Shown here piece by piece: positions 38,610-51,103 of a stretch of 64,000 bases of DNA. The notes under the pieces are model-generated. The model was not told where the DNA came from. It saw only the letters and a list, made by a program, of their open reading frames with translations, and did no database searches. The stretch is from Paramecium tetraurelia (taxonomy: Eukaryota). The stretch spans positions 186,001 to 250,000 of the forward strand of contig CT868668.1 in NCBI GenBank assembly GCA_000165425.1, in the 5' to 3' direction. The translations under genes were made by a program, and so were the position numbers. Numbering within the stretch: position 1 is the stretch's first letter; each line of letters opens with the position of its first letter.

Positions 38610-39092
38610 TATAAGTTAAGCTTTATATTGAAGAGAATCGAGGCTGATTATATTTTCCTTAAGTATTCAATCTTTTGCTATCGAAAGTTGGGTTAATATT
38701 TAACTAATAAGCTTAAACTTTGAGATATTATCTCTTTTTAATTCATAAAAGGACTTTTAAATAAGATAGCCTTTTCAGACTTTTCTTATTTTTATCCAGA
38801 TCAAATAAAACAAAAATGATAATCAATAAAGAAGCTATAGATAGGGATTTTATATAAAACCCATTAATTAGCTATCGTATAATATTTATGTTTAATTGCC
38901 AGCTGATCTGATACCTCAGTAAGAGAATGTATTTTTTTATTAATTATAAATATAATTGGTTTGTATATAAATTATATTCTATCTTGTTTTCTAAGTTATT
39001 ATCATTCTCTTTATTCAATGTTCAGAATTAAGGATTATATAACTAGAAATTAGTCTAAATTATTTATTATAGTATCAAATAACATACAATAA

Positions 39093-39695
39093 ATGAATTA
39101 AAAGGAATAAATTAATCCATTTAAAGCGTATGGAACGAAGGAAGTTTGGGAGAAAATAAATGAGTCTGGAAAAAACAAGGAAGTACCTTATCGTTAAAGA
39201 ATTAGTACGTGAGATTCCCAGGGATTGGAATCGAATAAACCCCATTTTATTAAATGCAAAGACAACATGCTGAAAAAAATCAAAGTAAGAAGCAGGACTT
39301 TCTTAGCAAGCTAAATAAATTTGAATATTTCCCATCTGGAAATTAGAAAAAGTTAGACATTTAAGGGATGGTATTGTTACATAATATAAAATCAGTTTTC
39401 TCAAATTGACGATGTAAAGAAATACTAAGCAAGAATGGAAAGGATAGACCCAATTAACAAAAATTGTAATTTTGTATTATATAAAATAGTGTTGTAACAC
39501 AAATTGCACAAAGCATTAGAAACCGCTTCGTTTTTATGGGGTGAATAGTTCAGACATGATGGAAGTTTGGGAACGTTGGATTCGATAAACAATTTATTGA
39601 ATCAATCACAAAAGAAGCTTGAATAAAGAAATCAGAGTTCATAATTTATATTTACAAAGGGTCATCATAAGGTAAGGCTTGGACACGAAATATGA
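39093..39695 (+). CDS. Hypothetical protein
   Basis: MNQKEQINPFKAYGTKEVWEK...; three 23-24 nt introns restore a continuous frame; stop position somewhat uncertain. Confidence 0.6.
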
Positions 39696-39702
39696 ATATT
39701 AA

Positions 39703-39810
39703 TCAATATGTTTTCTTATCTGCTTTGGTACCAACTAAATGATAGAGGATTATCATCGCAACAATTCCTATTCCTAAAGTGTTGCATAGCAGCATAATTT
39801 CATATTCCAT
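39703..39810 (-). CDS. OST4: Oligosaccharyltransferase subunit OST4, 35 aa (below the ORF-track cutoff)
   Basis: MEYEIMLLCNTLGIGIVAMIILYHLVGTKADKKTY* matches the OST4 pattern N.LG......lYHy. Confidence 0.8.
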   Translation of the reverse strand: MEYEIMLLCNTLGIGIVAMIILYHLVGTKADKKTY

Positions 39811-39830
39811 AGTTTAATTTATATATATTA

Positions 39831-41700
39831 TCAATCAGATATAAAAGTCCAATTATCTACTGCTTTTCTCTATTGGATTTGAGAATCTTCATCAAAATTG
39901 ACTTGCAGAGTCTGATTGGCTTGATTAATAATGCTGGGCATGGGGACAGGTAATTTTTTATTCATAACATCATCCCAATTGAAGCCTGAAAACCAGGGAT
40001 GAGCTTTGACTTCTTCGGAGTCCTTTTTTGCGCCTAATCTCTTCGAAGGATTTCTCTCTAATAACTTGAAATAGATATGATATTACTTATTACATGAATG
40101 AAAGGGCTTCCTTTGATAAATTATTTTAAGGGAATCTAAGTTATTTATTTTTGATATTTTCAAACAATTCTTCTCTGTTGTGACTATAATAAGGAGGCAT
40201 ACCAAATAGCATTTCATGTGTTATAGTGCCTAATTGATACCAATCAACAGAACGATTATATAATTTCTTATTGACCACCTCAGGTGCCATGTAGGCAGGA
40301 GTTCCACAAAAAGACTTTGTATCTTCAGTTTCGATATCAGTTTTAGCTAATCCAAAATCAGTTAACATGCAATGACCATTATTGTCAATAATAATGTTTT
40401 ATGGTTTTAGATCTCTATACATGATTTTATTTTGGTGAAGAGCTTCAATGGCTAAGATGATCTCAGCAGTATACATTTTGGCAACTTGCTCTGCCAACTT
40501 GGACTTTAAATCCAAGAGTTTCGTAAGATCCCCTCCAGGACAGAAGTCCATTACCAAAAATAATTTGAATTGAGTTTAGAAAGCATAATGTAATTTCACA
40601 ATAAAAGGATGATCGATCACTGATAAGATGGATTTCTCAGTTTAAATATAAGGTAATAGTTTTTAACTAATTTTCTCTTTTCTCAATACTTTCATCGCGT
40701 ATAAACTATTTTATTCATCCTTTTTTTTAACTAGGTAAACAATACCAAACGATCCTTTTCCTAATTCTTTGTGATAAGTAAAGGAATCTGGCCCAATATT
40801 CTGACCTCCGATTGGAACCACAGATTGCCTTGCCTGATAAGTTTACTTCTACAAAGAATTAGTTGGAACTGATTAGCCCAAGAACTTCATTATTCTACTT
40901 ATACTTTTACGATAGGAGGAATTGGATTCCTTATTCTCATTATTGCTTGATGCCAGTCTTTCTTTTACATATTATTTTTCATATCCAAATTATTTGAATA
41001 TTTATTACTATTCTGTATTTGATATTAACTAAAGAGCATTGACATTTTCTCCATTCTGTATGTAGGGATCAGCTTTGTAATTGAGTAAGAGTTTAATGAT
41101 TTCCAAACAATTATTATCCAATGCTATATGTAGAGGTGTGTTCATTGAAAAATCTTACCTGTCAACATTGGCTTTGTTGTATAAAAGCAAAGTAACCAAG
41201 TCTAAGTGGTTGTTTTTAACACTGACCATCAAAGGACTACATCCATCACAATCTTATTCATTCACCTAACTTCCTTTTTAAATTAAATGATAAGCTATTT
41301 GATAGTTGCCAGAACTACAAGCAAAGTGTAAACATGTCTAATCATTTGAATCTTTAGCATTTATATCGATGAAGTTTGAGGATTACAATATTGATTCTAC
41401 AATCGCAAACTAACCTAATTTGCATGCTTTAATTAGCTCCAAAGTTTTCAACTAGGATTCTTTCCAAAAATCCTGCCATGCATTTTCTTTTTAGAATTAT
41501 ATTTAGTCATATTCAACCGTTTAAGAAGTTCTTAGGTCGATTATATCCCCTGTGTCATTATCAAACATATAGAATTATTTCGTTGAAGCTTCCATTGTAT
41601 CAAAGATCGATCTAGATTTGAATGACCTACTTACTACAATAATTTACTTTGATGGCTCTAAGGTTGTAGAGTGAGACTCTCCCTCATTAAATGATTGCAT
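39831..41700 (-). CDS. Ankyrin-repeat AGC-group (Akt/S6K/SGK-like) protein kinase
   Basis: Ankyrin repeats (TCLHFAC, SPLMVS, TPLHIA); LGKGSFG, YAMK, YRDLKPQN, DFGLAK, SFCGTPAYMAPE; C-terminal hydrophobic motif DNWTFI. Confidence 0.9.
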
Positions 41701-42217
41701 TAATATTAATAATCAATCAATTTTCATTAAAATCCATCAAAATAAAATACTGGATAAGAACCTGCACACTAATTAAATTTATGATTTATTCATATAGCTA
41801 CGAACCAATGATTGTTTTTAATCAGGTAAGCTTAGGTATTCAATCTTTCAATTCGATTTTCAAATTGACATAGCTAAAAATTAATATAAATTGCTAATTC
41901 CCTTTTTTAAAATAGTTACACAACCTCTAGTATAATCTTTTTGTATTTATCAGAATCTAATTAAATTTTATTCAAAAATACACTAAGAGAACTATAATTT
42001 TCAATAAATTAAATAAGACTTATTCCAGAGTTATTATTTCTTAGAACTTATGCACTTTTAAGAAATACAAGGTGTAAAATAACACTCTTTTAATTAAATA
42101 TACTTCGTTTCTATTTTAAGTGCAAATTATAAATAAATTCAAAATTAGATAATTAAGTCATAAAATTAGGTATATGAAATCTTAAATAAATTTTCATATA
42201 GATTAAATAATAATAGA

Positions 42218-42991
42218 TCAAGCATATGAATTAGTTAAGGTTTCCATTTTTCGTTCTTCTTTATCTAATAGTATTAGACTTTAATTGAATCTTGGTTTTT
42301 CAGATTTTGTAAATCTTCCTTACACTCTCTCTCTAAATTCAGCAAGGTTTTTTCTAACAGGGTATCTGTGGATTATTTAATCAATTAAATACCTCACTTA
42401 TTTCCATAATCGATTATGCTTTTTTTCTAAATATGCCTTGACTTTGGCAGCCCTTTCCTCTTTACTTAATTTTTAACCTGGGTTCAATAGTTTTTATTCA
42501 ATCAAATAATCATCAATGTTTCTTTTTTATCTTTCTTCCTCAACTTTTATTTCACTTTATAAGACATTCTTTGCTTCTGACATCAATTTTTCATAATTTG
42601 CAGGCATTCCAAATGGTATAAAATGTAGTCTCTACTGAGGTAATTATTGAAGATTCTGGATTTACTAAAGATCATTATAAGGTTTTGTTAAGAGATCTTC
42701 TGCCTCCAAATCTTCCCCCAATTTCAGATATTTTTAAATTCCCATCATTAAAGAAGGGTGAGTTAAGGGTCTTTCTGGAGGTCGAACTTAAGTTATGGGA
42801 ATCTTAACAAAAGGTTGGAATGAGCTCTATGGATTTCCAGCACTTAAAGTTAATCTATTGAAGCTCTCATTTAATTTTTCACCAGTCGAATCACTACCTT
42901 CACTTCCAATACTAAGTTTTCTTCTTTTATTTATTATTTCATTATTCTGAGTAGAATTATACAATTTAAATCCCTATTGCTGAGAATTCAT
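42218..42991 (-). CDS. CCT-domain protein, 248 aa
   Basis: LSKEERAAKVKAYLEKKHNR..VRYPVRKNLAEFRERVQGRF; one 27-nt intron. Confidence 0.85.
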
Positions 42992-43599
42992 TTTATTTAA
43001 TATATTAAAGGTTATTTGCAAAATAAATATTTTATTATTACATAAGATTCTGCTTTCAAATAAGTTGAAGTATAAATTTAAAATATTGCAATTCGATGAT
43101 CAGCCTCATAATGGTTAGGATGGTCATGTTGCCAAAGTCTATATTGATTCTCATAGAATTTTTCTATTTTCTAAACCAATGCATTAAGAAATTATAAGGC
43201 AGAAATTTAAGAAATTCAAAACATTTCTAATAAACTATCCAAAAGATTATGCGCATTCTATGGGATGAACAATCGAAACATTAAGAAAGCAATATCTCTA
43301 TGGTTCATTATCAAATGTTTGGATATCAAATTTGATCGTTTTGTAGAATAATTTTATAAATAAATAATAAAATGAATATGGACAATCAAGAAATTTGAAT
43401 ATTATTTTAAGACTTGTTAATTTAATATAATTGAGAGTTATTTCCTTCATATAATTGATGAAATACTATTTTCTTTGTGCCTTTATACTATATTCTAATA
43501 AATTCTAATTCTGATTTAACATGAACCCTTTTAGTCTTTCAAAATATAATCTATTTTAAAGATAGAAGTTGTATTTGTAGAACTATATATCTAATTATA

Positions 43600-44417
43600 T
43601 CATCTTCCTCCACTGTATAAGATCTTGATTTCAACTATGTCATCATCCTCAAGTTTAAGATAAGATAATGTTTTATTCCTATCCTTATTGGCATCACCTT
43701 TATAGTTTTTGCTTTTAATGAAGACTTTAAATCCCACTGTATTTCTAGATTACATTATATTTAAATTACTCATCTAATCCTAAATAACCCTATGCGCTAT
43801 TTATGACTGCATTTAAGGTGTCGCTTTTTTAAAATGATCTCCTCTAACTACTTCCACTATCTTTACATATTATCTATAGGTTTATTAAATTGTTATCCAA
43901 TTTATATATAGGTATGATCTTTATATTCGCCCCATTTGGCACTTGGAGATCAGCTAATTTTTTAATTCTCTTCTAATTGGATAATATTAAGTTTTCATAA
44001 ATTATCTCTAGTTTGATATCTAAAGATATTGAAAAGGTTCCATAAATAAATTCTATCAGTTCTTGTATGGTAATATCATCTTAAATGTGAATTTTTTATC
44101 TTTAAAGATCATAATCCAAATTCAACTCTAGAAATGATACTTCCGATTCGACTTCATTAATTACTAAGACATCACTGTCATTTATACAGGAACTCACCAA
44201 TTAATTGGAACTTCGAAAGGTTTATTTCTTGTTTTTATTAAGAATTTATAGGTTATTTTTGTTTTCCCCTTTTAAAAACCTTGGCTTAAATACAAGTATA
44301 CTTATTGAAATTATCATAGATCCAGTCAATTAATTCTGATATCTGTTTATTCTGTTGATACTTAATAGCATAGAATTTTATATTTGACGAAGGGATTTGC
44401 AATTATATATTTATCAT
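43600..44417 (-). CDS. Three tandem ubiquitin-like domains ending in di-glycine plus Arg, 256 aa
   Basis: Three ~80-aa units with beta-grasp pattern (e.g. DDITIQELIEFI..LEIIYE..KLADLQVPNGANIKI; SDTLNAVI..KTLSYLKLEDDDIVEI); ends YSGGR*; introns of 22 and 25 nt. Confidence 0.7.
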
Positions 44418-44667
44418 ATTTATTTTATATATTTTTTTATTTAACAATTTCTATTACGCCAATTATTATATTATTCTCATTGTATTTTTTAGTATTGTAT
44501 TATCAATTGTCAAACTTAATTAATTAATCAGGTCTGAGAACTCTCATCAGCAGCAAATTAATAGAATATAGATTAAAATATAAAATAGGATACATCATTG
44601 AAATTCTATTAAGCATTAAATATAATGTGCTTTTGAATTTGTTTAATTTTTAATATTTTATTATCAA

Positions 44668-47600
44668 ATGTAAGGCTCAAATCAACAGTATGGATAGGAC
44701 TAATCATTATCTAATCAAGCATCAGACCAGAATTAACATAGTAATTTTCTAAATAATATAATTAGATTATATTCCATTCTAATTTGCGGGGCAGGGACAA
44801 TTTTCAGGGTAACAATAACAATATATTGCATAACCATAACACTTACAATATTCTCAATCATACCAGTAATAAAATGGTTAATAATTCCAAAATGGAACCC
44901 CAAATCCATAAGCTTAACCTCAAATGATATCAAACCAAAGTATCAATGTTGAATAATTATAATAGATCAAATGTCAAACATCTAGACTCAATAATTTAAT
45001 ATACCTCAAATGATGGCAATTCCGGGTTAATTTCCGTCGCCATTCCCATTTCCAATTCACAATCAGCCTTTAGCAATACAAAATAATAATAATGACAAGA
45101 TTAAATAATTATAGAATAAAATAAAAGAAAAAGAATAAGAAATTGATAAATTGAATGATGATTTATATGATCTTACTAGAGTTAAAAATAATGAAATTAA
45201 AAAGCTAGAGAATAAGATTTTAAATTTGAACAATTAAATAGATGAATTATCAAGAGAGGAATAAAATAAAGATAGAGAAATTTTAAAGCTTAGAAATGAA
45301 TTAGATTAAGCCTTACAAAAATTAAAAAACCTGGAATAAGATTTCAAAACTCAAAAAGATGATTTGACAAATAAAATTGATGAAATACAGGGTTTGTCGT
45401 TTAGTTATAAAAAACTTGAAAAATAACTTTAAATTTTAACTTAATAAGATGATTAGAAAAAGTTGTAGCAATTGCTTGATCAGCAATAAGGACAATCAGA
45501 AGAAGAAAAAAAAAGATATAAATAATTGAATGATTAGAAAAAAAATATTGAAGAGTAAATGTCATAAAAAGATTAAACCATAAGAGAATTACAAGCAAAA
45601 ATAAAGGAATTAGAATATCTAAATTCAAAGGAACACTAGTATTTTTTGGACTCACAAGCAGAAGTAGCTAATTGGAAAAAAAAATAAATTATGTTCGATA
45701 AGCAACTCTAGGAAAAAGATTAATCAATAGATAATATAACTACATAATTAAGAGAATAAAAATAAAAGAACAATGATCTACATGATAAGTTGAAAGGAGA
45801 AGAAGAAAATATTAACTTATTAAAATAGCAGTTGAAAGACATGGAAGCTTTATTTAATCAATATTAGTAGAATGCCTCAAATAATAAATCAAATGATCAA
45901 AATAAAAAATAATTTGAATAATAATTAAAAAAGTTAAAAGATGAAGCGGAGTATAACATTATAAAAAATAATGAAGAAGTGGAAAAAAATAGAAAATTAA
46001 AAGAATTATAAATGGAAGAAAGTAAAAAAAAAAAAGCAATGATGGATTAAAAAAGAATGGAAGATAAAAAAAATGAAAACAGGATGATCAAAGAAATAAT
46101 GATGAAGAAATAATAAGGTTCTCTAGAAGAATATGGAAAATTAGATATTTGCTATGTCATTGATTGTACTAAGTATCCATTTATTAATAATAACTAGATC
46201 TATGGAACCATATGTTGAGCAAGCAAGAAGCTGCGTTTAAGAATCCTTAAAGGTGATCAAATAACAGACTAACAGAGATACAATTATTTCTTCTGTTGCC
46301 TATTATGATATTGAATAAAGACCAGCTAAAGGATATTATTAATTTGAATTCTCAAACAATATCTAAGCCTTTTAAAAGTTTATTTTAGAAGTTCCTATAG
46401 AAGGAGGCCGAGATATACCAGAGGATGTTAGAGGAGCTTTAGAATAAATGATTACAAAACTCAAATGGAAGAATAAATTTAAGATAGCAATATTAATTAC
46501 TGATTCTCCATGTCATGGAAGAAAATATCATTAATTCCCTGGTGATTTTCATCCTAATGATGACATCACAGAAGTTCTTCATCGTTTGATAGAACAATAA
46601 ATTATATTAATAGGTTTTAACTTAAACGATAAAACTATTAAAATGTATGATGAATTTAAAAAAATTTATGAAGCTAAAAATGCTTCAGACTTTTTTGTGT
46701 ACGTTGATGTTGCAGGGCTTAAAGTTGCTCAGTTAGCAGAAAAAATGGCTGGATCTTTAGGAAGTGCTTCAGTAGCTGCTACTTAAGTAAAGTCGTCAGG
46801 AACTAAATCAAAAAAGCCATCATAAGATAGACCAAAGAATAAAGATGGTGCTATTGAGGCTTTATGTAAGTAAGGAGACTTTTAAAATTTTGAAAAATAA
46901 ACTAAGGTAGTTGATACTGTGTTTACTGTTTTAAATGTAAAAATAAATGATTAGGTTTTTGCTGATAATCTATCTACCATAAATAACATTGGAAAAAATC
47001 CATAGAAAGATTATATAATCAAAGTAGAAGGATAATGGAATTGTATCAGAACTGAGTTTCCGTTTGCATTTGGTATGATGAAAGATGTCTTTTTAATGAA
47101 AAAAAAGAATGGAGGATCAGATGAATTATATGTAATAAAAACTCCTCTTGGCAGTAAACCATATCCATCATAACTTGAGGCTGTTCAAGAATGCAGATCT
47201 CACTTGATATGCTAATAATTAATGAAAAAATTTTAAACTGATATTGTTGAAGCTTTAGAATAATAGAATATTCAACGTAATTATCCTAAAGTAGTTTATA
47301 GTGACTTTTTGATTTTAGAGGAAAGCAAAGGTATATAAAATTTATAAAATTTTAGATAAATATTGGATTGCTGAAAGGTTTTTCAAAGGTGAATTTGTAA
47401 AATATAACAATAATTATGGTTTCATTAACGAAGATACTTCAGAATTAAATAAATTTGCTCAAGCATTCTCATATTATACATTCTTTGTTAGTAGAGGGTT
47501 ATATATGATAAATGATGTTTAAGGAGTTGGAATCTATTTTACTGATCCTGCTGTGAATACAGCAACAGGTAAAAAATAAATCAATATTTTTAGGTGATTT

Positions 47601-47715
47601 TGATGATACTGATTTAGGATAAGAAGGATAGGATATGTTTTTAGTAAATTTCCAATCCAAATAAGATTTGGCATCCGAAATTTTAAATCTTTTAAATTTA
47701 TTAAAACAAAATTGA
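44668..47715 (+). CDS. Q/P-rich + coiled-coil + vWA + alpha-kinase protein (VwkA-like)
   Basis: LDICYVIDCTxSM, GGRDIPEDV, LITDSPCHG (vWA); PFAFGMMK, IAERFFKGEFVKYNNNYG, AQAFS, DVQGV, FTDPAV, DLGQEG (alpha-kinase); four introns. Confidence 0.9.
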
Positions 47716-48095
47716 ATTATTTAAACCCAAACACAAATAATATAAGATTTGCCATTAAATATATTAATATTTTTTAATATTTCTAATTATTTAATTGATT
47801 CATGATGGTAAATAAGCTATCTGATTCATTTAAACATTCAAAGAAGATAACTAATATTTAACTTAAAAGACTTATAATAATTAAGGATTTTTGATAACTC
47901 AACTCATTAAATCAATTTAGTTTTATATGATAAAATAATAGTAAATAAAGTACTTAATATTATATAAATATGTTGAGTTATGAATCGTTTCTAAGTTTAC
48001 TACTTTTTCTAATATAAATCATCAAAAGATTTTAGGTTATTTTCAATTTTTACAAATTAGTAATGTTTTAATAGTTAAATAATAAAATTTCAATT

Positions 48096-48563
48096 ATGGA
48101 TTAAGACTCAGATAATTCAGAAGTTTACATAATTGTGTTTGTTATTATAATTCTAGTTTTCGCAGGGATAGCTCTATTCATTTATATTCGTAAAAAATAA
48201 TAAACTAGAAATAAAAAACTTGAAGAGGAAATTAATAAATTGCAATAATATGTGAATTCTTGTGATCGCAAACAAGAAAGTAGAACAGACAATGTTAATA
48301 CATAACCACAAATATTAAGCCAAACCAATTCTTTCACAAAAACTAATCGAATGTATTAATAAGAGCAAGCAGAATAAAATAAACAAACCGGTAAGATGTT
48401 CCTTGATTATGAAAAATCTGAAAGAGAGATAATCAATCAATTGTCTCCTTCTCAAAAATCCCCTCCAGATGAAGAAGAAAAAAAACAAACTATAGAGAGT
48501 GGAAGAAAAAAGGTGATTGGAATTAAAAAAAAAAACCTTTAAATAGAAATTCCTTAGGATTGA
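48096..48563 (+). CDS. Single-pass membrane protein (N-terminal anchor), 155 aa
   Basis: VYIIVFVIIILVFAGIALFIYI followed by RKK; intronless. Confidence 0.7.
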
Positions 48564-48589
48564 ATCTATAATTAATACACATATTGTCT

Positions 48590-49735
48590 TCACATGATAA
48601 ATTCAATTTAACTTATGTATGATTTAAGCAACTTTTGTTACTTCTCCGTAAATTCATGTAGCTGATTACTAATATATATCTTCTATATTCCTTTCAGTTA
48701 TTCTTTAAACTAATTTATTTATCTAATAAATTCATCTGATAAAATTTAACTATATCCAAAAGAAATTCCGAATTCGGACAAGCTTTTACTAGTGATGATT
48801 TTTAGAATCAATCTTAATGTTGAATCATTTGCATTTGAACCAATCAGGTTTATCTTAACTTTTTCTAATCTAGGCAAGTACTACATTGCGCTAATTATTT
48901 CTTCTAAAACTTGAGCTTTTAAAGGGGATTTGACAGCAGTAATTTATAAATTATTTAAAGCAACAAATTTTGGAAATGTATTCCTTATACCTGCCCAATT
49001 ATTTTCTTATCTAATTAATTTACTTATATTATTACAATACTATTCGAAGTTTTGGAATGTTATTAGTTATTCCTTTTAAATCATCTATTCCCTTTACTTT
49101 TTAATATTTTGAAGAAACTATAGGCTATTTTTATTCTACAAATTCCAAATTCTTCATGCCTTATAAAATTTTAGAGAGGTCTTCGACAATTTATATACCT
49201 TAAGACACCCATGGAAATTCCTGTTCTTTAAAAGAAAGCTTGCCTAGATTTTATATTATGTTTTTTATTGATTCATTTTCACCTTCAAAATTAGGCTAAA
49301 ACAATTTCTTTATCATTATTTGGTTGTCATCCTCTTAGTTGAATTCTTATAGGAAAGTTTCAATATTCTTAAAAATTTAAATATTCTATTACTAATTACA
49401 GAGTTAAAATGATATCATTAAATTTTTGCTATAACTTCCCTAAACTTAGTAGAATAGATTATGCATCTTAAAACCTCTAAAAAATTAAATACTATTTTTA
49501 CTTTCTCCTTTATACATTGAACTCTTTCTATTTCTTTATACAAAGACTACAGAAATTCATCATATTTCTTAATATAACCTTTGCAATCTTAATGGTTTTA
49601 AACTAGGCAATCAATGCAAATCAATCCATGATCCTCACATCCAGGGTCAGAGCACACTAATTAGAGTTTTTTATTATGATATTAGCATAGTTGAGGCCTT
49701 GTTAAACTAAACACATCGTTTTTTTTTGAGTTCAT
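48590..49735 (-). CDS. B-box-like Zn-binding protein with coiled coil and possibly LRR-like C-terminus
   Basis: LCQYHNKKLQLVCSDPGCEDHGLICIDCLVQNHQDC; middle not traced codon by codon. Confidence 0.65.
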
Positions 49736-51103
49736 AAATTTTATTAATTTTAAATTATAATTAAAGTTTTTTTTATTTTTAGTCAATTAATAGTCTCAAA
49801 TATGTTGATTAATTTGAATAAACAAAATAATAAGGCAAATTGACTTCTATTACTTTAAAAACGCCATTTGGGTTTAGTAATATAAATTGCTTTACATAGT
49901 TAATATTATAGTATATCCTTTTCTAAATGAAGAAATTCTTCTAAAAAGTTCAAACTTTAGTTCTGATTTCTATATTATTTAAAACGAAGGGCAACTATTC
50001 AATTAAAATTTCTAGGTTATGAAAAAAGAATAATTGTATATTTGGCATTTAAAACAAAAATATGTTTAATTTTTAATTAGAAGTATCAAAAATTAAAAAA
50101 TAAAATTAAGTTTTATTATTTTATGTTCTAATTCTTATTTTTTATAATTGGTTCATTGAAATTTATATTTTCATTATTTACTTTAATACAAAATATAATA
50201 TAAGTATCATTGACTAAAACTGTTGTAAAGGATTAAGATTTTTAGAAGAATTTTTTGGTTACTGAGGTTATGGAATTTGATATCGATGTTATCTAAACTA
50301 ATTTTACTATTGTGCTTGTTATTCAATAGATTATCGTTTGTTAATATATTTAGATACTTTATTTGGAAATTTTATCAGATATGAAATTTCATGCAAAAAT
50401 AATTTTTCATTTCATTAAGTTAATTGATTTTATTAAATCGTCAACTTCCTAGTTGTCAAATACAATGATATTCATCAGCTATTTTAGTGGAGTTTATGGT
50501 TATTCTGTTATTAGTAAGAAAGAAAAAATAACATATTAGGAAAGCAACCTCTGTTAATTATATCAATTATTGATCTTATTGATAGCAATTTAGAAACCAT
50601 TTTCTTTTTGTCTTATAGAGTGCTACATTAAAATTATATTAATCAATTTTATAAGAATAATTATGATTTTCAATAAATTTTTGAGGTTACAAATTTCTGT
50701 CTATTCTATAATTTCAAGTTTATATTAATCTATATTATTGCAAAAATCATTGACCTAAAGGATTTAACTTCATTACTAGTGTCTTAGACTTAGGTGGAAT
50801 TCAGTTCAAAAAATTGTGTAAAGGTTTTCTTATTTACATGTATATATCCATTATCAGCTGTAGAAATAACTTAAGAAATTAATAATAGAACGGAAAGAAT
50901 AAGCCTCTGGTTCAAGCAGACTTGGTGTTCATTGATTAAGAGTCAAATATGACATCATCCCATTCAAGATTTTTTGCTTTTTTCAAAAAAAAGAATTTAT
51001 AATTTCTTTATACTGCTAGTATAAATGTACATTAGATTTGTATAGCTTATAAATAACATAAAATAAGTTTAATACATCTTGTAATAAAACAGAATTATAA
51101 GAA

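Noticed and set aside
43083..43270. Short coding-like + strand frame (LQFDDQPHNGQDGHVAKV...)
   Set aside because: No clear start or homology; possibly a gene remnant
50236..50934. Long TGA-free + strand frame in an AT-rich spacer
   Set aside because: With only one stop codon, long frames arise by chance; no motif or typical composition
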